DNA of 53,794 nucleotides from Caldisericota bacterium. GTDB lineage: Bacteria > Caldisericota > Caldisericia > B22-G15. The position numbers and the translations under genes are program-made. Where the stretch lies: assembly GCA_039793425.1 (NCBI GenBank), contig JBAMLT010000008.1, positions 1-53,794 of the forward strand, in the 5' to 3' direction. The notes beneath the pieces were generated by a model. The model was not told the DNA's origin, searched no databases, and saw only the letters and a program-made list of their open reading frames with translations. Positions 51,552 to 53,794 of this stretch are shown piece by piece. Position 1 is the stretch's first letter. Each line of letters starts with the position of its first letter.

Positions 51552-52703
51552 TTATAATACACCAAAATATGAGTTTTTGTAAATATTTAATATATCATCA
51601 TAACTTGGAACTCTTGGTGCGATTCTTTTTAATCTTTCATTATTAAAAACTTCTTCTGAGAAAACTTTAAGGTCCTCTTCTTTAACCTTAAGATCCTTTA
51701 AATTTATAGGTAATTCTAAAATCTTATAAAAATCTAAAAGAATATCAATAAATTTTTCTGCATCCTTATAAATATTACCAATACTCAAGCCAAGTTCTTG
51801 AGTAATTTTTGCCATTTTTTCATATTGAGAAGGAAGTTCAAATTTAAAAACATAAGGCATGAGAACTGCATTAGCAAAACCATGGGGGAATCCATATTTT
51901 ATTGTTAGAGGATAACCCATTCCATGTACAATACCTGTTCCGCTTTGAGAAATCTGAATTCCTGCAATACAAGATGCATAATGCATCATTTCTTTTGCTT
52001 CATAATCTTCTTTTTTTGCAAAACTTCTTGGAAGATATTTATAAATTATCTTAACTGCCTCATAGCCAAATAAATCTGAAATTGGAGTTGAGTTTAAAGA
52101 GAACAAACCCTCTAAAGCATGTGACAAAGCATCAATACCTGTATCTCTAACGATATTTGCAGTCATTGATATGGTTAGTTCAGGATCTAAAATAGCATAT
52201 TCTGGAGTAATAAAAGGCGATGCAATGGCAAGTTTTTTTTCTTTATAAGTTATAATTGTATATTTAGTAACTTCTGAACCAGTGCCTGATGTGGTTGGTA
52301 TTGCAATAAGTGGTGGAATTTTTCTATCAACAACTTTTTCTCCAGATAGAAAAGATTCGATCTCTTTATAAATTCCATAAACTCCAATCCCTTTTGCAGC
52401 ATCAATACTACTTCCTCCTCCTATTGCAATTATTGACTCACAACCATTTTCAAGAAAAATTTTCCCGCCTTCTTCTACAACTGAAAAATCTGGATTTGGC
52501 TCTATTTTATCAAAAATTACAAAATTTACTCCAATATCTTTAAGATATTCTGTTAAATTTGAAAGTGCTCCACTTTCTTTTGTTGACTTTTTACCTGTAA
52601 CTATTAAAGTTATTTTGCCGAGGTGTTTTGATAATTCAATAATTTTATTCAAATAACCTTTTCCAAAGAAAATATTGCCTTGAAGTAAAGTTGTAAAGTT
52701 CAT
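51552..52703 (-). CDS. Iron-containing alcohol dehydrogenase
   Basis: EPNP, GGGSSIDAAK, PTTSGTGSE, DALSHALE, HGMG, HGFANA; GGAGG SD before ATG 52703. Confidence 0.92.
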   Translation of the reverse strand: MNFTTLLQGNIFFGKGYLNKIIELSKHLGKITLIVTGKKSTKESGALSNLTEYLKDIGVNFVIFDKIEPNPDFSVVEEGGKIFLENGCESIIAIGGGSSIDAAKGIGVYGIYKEIESFLSGEKVVDRKIPPLIAIPTTSGTGSEVTKYTIITYKEKKLAIASPFITPEYAILDPELTISMTANIVRDTGIDALSHALEGLFSLNSTPISDLFGYEAVKIIYKYLPRSFAKKEDYEAKEMMHYASCIAGIQISQSGTGIVHGMGYPLTIKYGFPHGFANAVLMPYVFKFELPSQYEKMAKITQELGLSIGNIYKDAEKFIDILLDFYKILELPINLKDLKVKEEDLKVFSEEVFNNERLKRIAPRVPSYDDILNIYKNSYFGVL

Positions 52704-52788
52704 AATTAAAACCTCCATAAAAATTAATTCATTAAAATTTTATCAAATATAGTATAATTAAAAAAGTAATTCTAATTAGGAGGAATTA

Positions 52789-53794
52789 ATGAATCCTTTA
52801 AATGAAAGAATTGAAAAGTTTTTAGAAAGATTAAATGATGCGAAAAAAAGAAATTTATATTTTTATCAAGCACCTATAGAAAAAATTTATGATGCTCATG
52901 TTATTGTTAATGGAAAAGATATGATAATGTTTGGTTCATATTCTTATCTTGGTCTTATTAACCATCCAAAAATAAATGAAGCAAGTAAAAAAGCAATAGA
53001 TGAATTCAGCACAGGAACTCATGGAGTAAGGCTCCTTGCAGGAACAACTAAACTTCATAATCAACTCGAAGAAAGAATAGCAAATTTTAAACAAAGAGAG
53101 GAAAGTGCAGTTTTCAGCAGTGGATATGTAACAAATTTGACAACAATATCAACACTTTTAACTAAAGATGATTATGTTCTATGTGATAAATATGACCACG
53201 CAAGTATAGTTGATGGAGCAATTCAATCAAGAGCAAATTTTATAAGATTTGATCACAATGATATGGAGCATCTTGAAGAACTTTTAAAAGATATTCCTAA
53301 TGATAAAGTCAAGTTAATTGTTGTAGATGCGGTCTATTCAATGGATGGAGATATAACACCTCTTCCTGAATTAATTGAGATAAAAAATAGATACAATGCT
53401 CTTTTAATGGTTGATGAAGCACATTCTCTTGGAGTTTTAGGGGTAAATGGTAAAGGCATTGAAGAATATTTTGGAATATATGGTGAAGTAGATATTGATA
53501 TGGGAACTCTTTCTAAAACAATACCTTCAGTCGGTGGATATATTGCTGGTGATAAGAATTTAATAGATTACATAAAACATAATTCAAGGGCATATATTTT
53601 CTCTGCTGCTTTACCACCTGCACAGGTAATGGCTGCTATAAAATCTTTTGATGTTATTGAAGAAGAAAAATGGAGAATAAAAAAACTCTGGGAAAATATA
53701 AATCACTATACTACTGAATTAAAAAAAATGGGATTTGATATTATGAAAACTCAATCTGCGGTTGTTCCAATTCTAATTAAAGATGATGAACTTG
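52789..53794 (+). CDS. PLP-dependent alpha-oxoamine synthase (BioF/KBL/SPT family), 3' end runs off the window (absent from ORF track)
   Basis: Hand translation: FGSYSYLGL, RLLAGT, FSSGYVTN, DHASIVDG, DAVYSMDGD, DEAHSLG, GTLSK; AGGAGG SD and TATAAT upstream. Confidence 0.9.
   Translation, partial: MNPLNERIEKFLERLNDAKKRNLYFYQAPIEKIYDAHVIVNGKDMIMFGSYSYLGLINHPKINEASKKAIDEFSTGTHGVRLLAGTTKLHNQLEERIANFKQREESAVFSSGYVTNLTTISTLLTKDDYVLCDKYDHASIVDGAIQSRANFIRFDHNDMEHLEELLKDIPNDKVKLIVVDAVYSMDGDITPLPELIEIKNRYNALLMVDEAHSLGVLGVNGKGIEEYFGIYGEVDIDMGTLSKTIPSVGGYIAGDKNLIDYIKHNSRAYIFSAALPPAQVMAAIKSFDVIEEEKWRIKKLWENINHYTTELKKMGFDIMKTQSAVVPILIKDDEL

Noticed and set aside
52720-52750. Possible Rex operator upstream of the Fe-ADH gene (TTGATAA-aatt-TTAATGA)
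   Set aside because: The right half-site matches poorly and such sequences are expected by chance at this AT content.

Overview
53.8 kb of a very AT-rich (roughly one-quarter GC by eye), densely coding chromosome from an anaerobic bacterium. Two surface proteins with C-terminal copper-amine-oxidase-N ('stalk') domains, NfnAB and a large Alu-type SRP RNA suggest a Caldisericota-like or deep-branching Firmicutes-like organism (inference only). Housekeeping genes include rsmA, eno, rnhC, maf, minC, mfd, pth, rplY, tgt and ffs. Anaerobic metabolism genes include a 2-hydroxyacyl-CoA dehydratase with activase, nfnAB, an apbE/NusG-II/Gx module, hutH and an Fe-ADH. Accessory parts are an mntP-arsC unit, a 10-gene PadR-led metal(loid) cluster with four half-size DUF318-type permeases, a decayed MNT-HepT toxin-antitoxin pair, and a 1538-aa C25-peptidase surface protein. 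Best leads: (1) a Cys-phosphatase-MazG fusion whose two MazG halves would be joined by a -1 slip at A_AAA_AAG with an SD-like motif 10 nt upstream; (2) a perfect 17-bp tandem duplication that builds a TTGAAA-17-TATAAT promoter for the C25 protein; (3) the PadR/permease/ACR3-like cluster; (4) a methyltransferase-like/Ddl-like fusion with a degenerate SAM motif; (5) repeated leaderless-gene architecture. Caveat: four genes are split at homopolymer runs, so assembly error is a real alternative for every frameshift. I found no tRNA, rRNA, CRISPR array, integrase or transposase. All family assignments come from motif recognition, not database searches.
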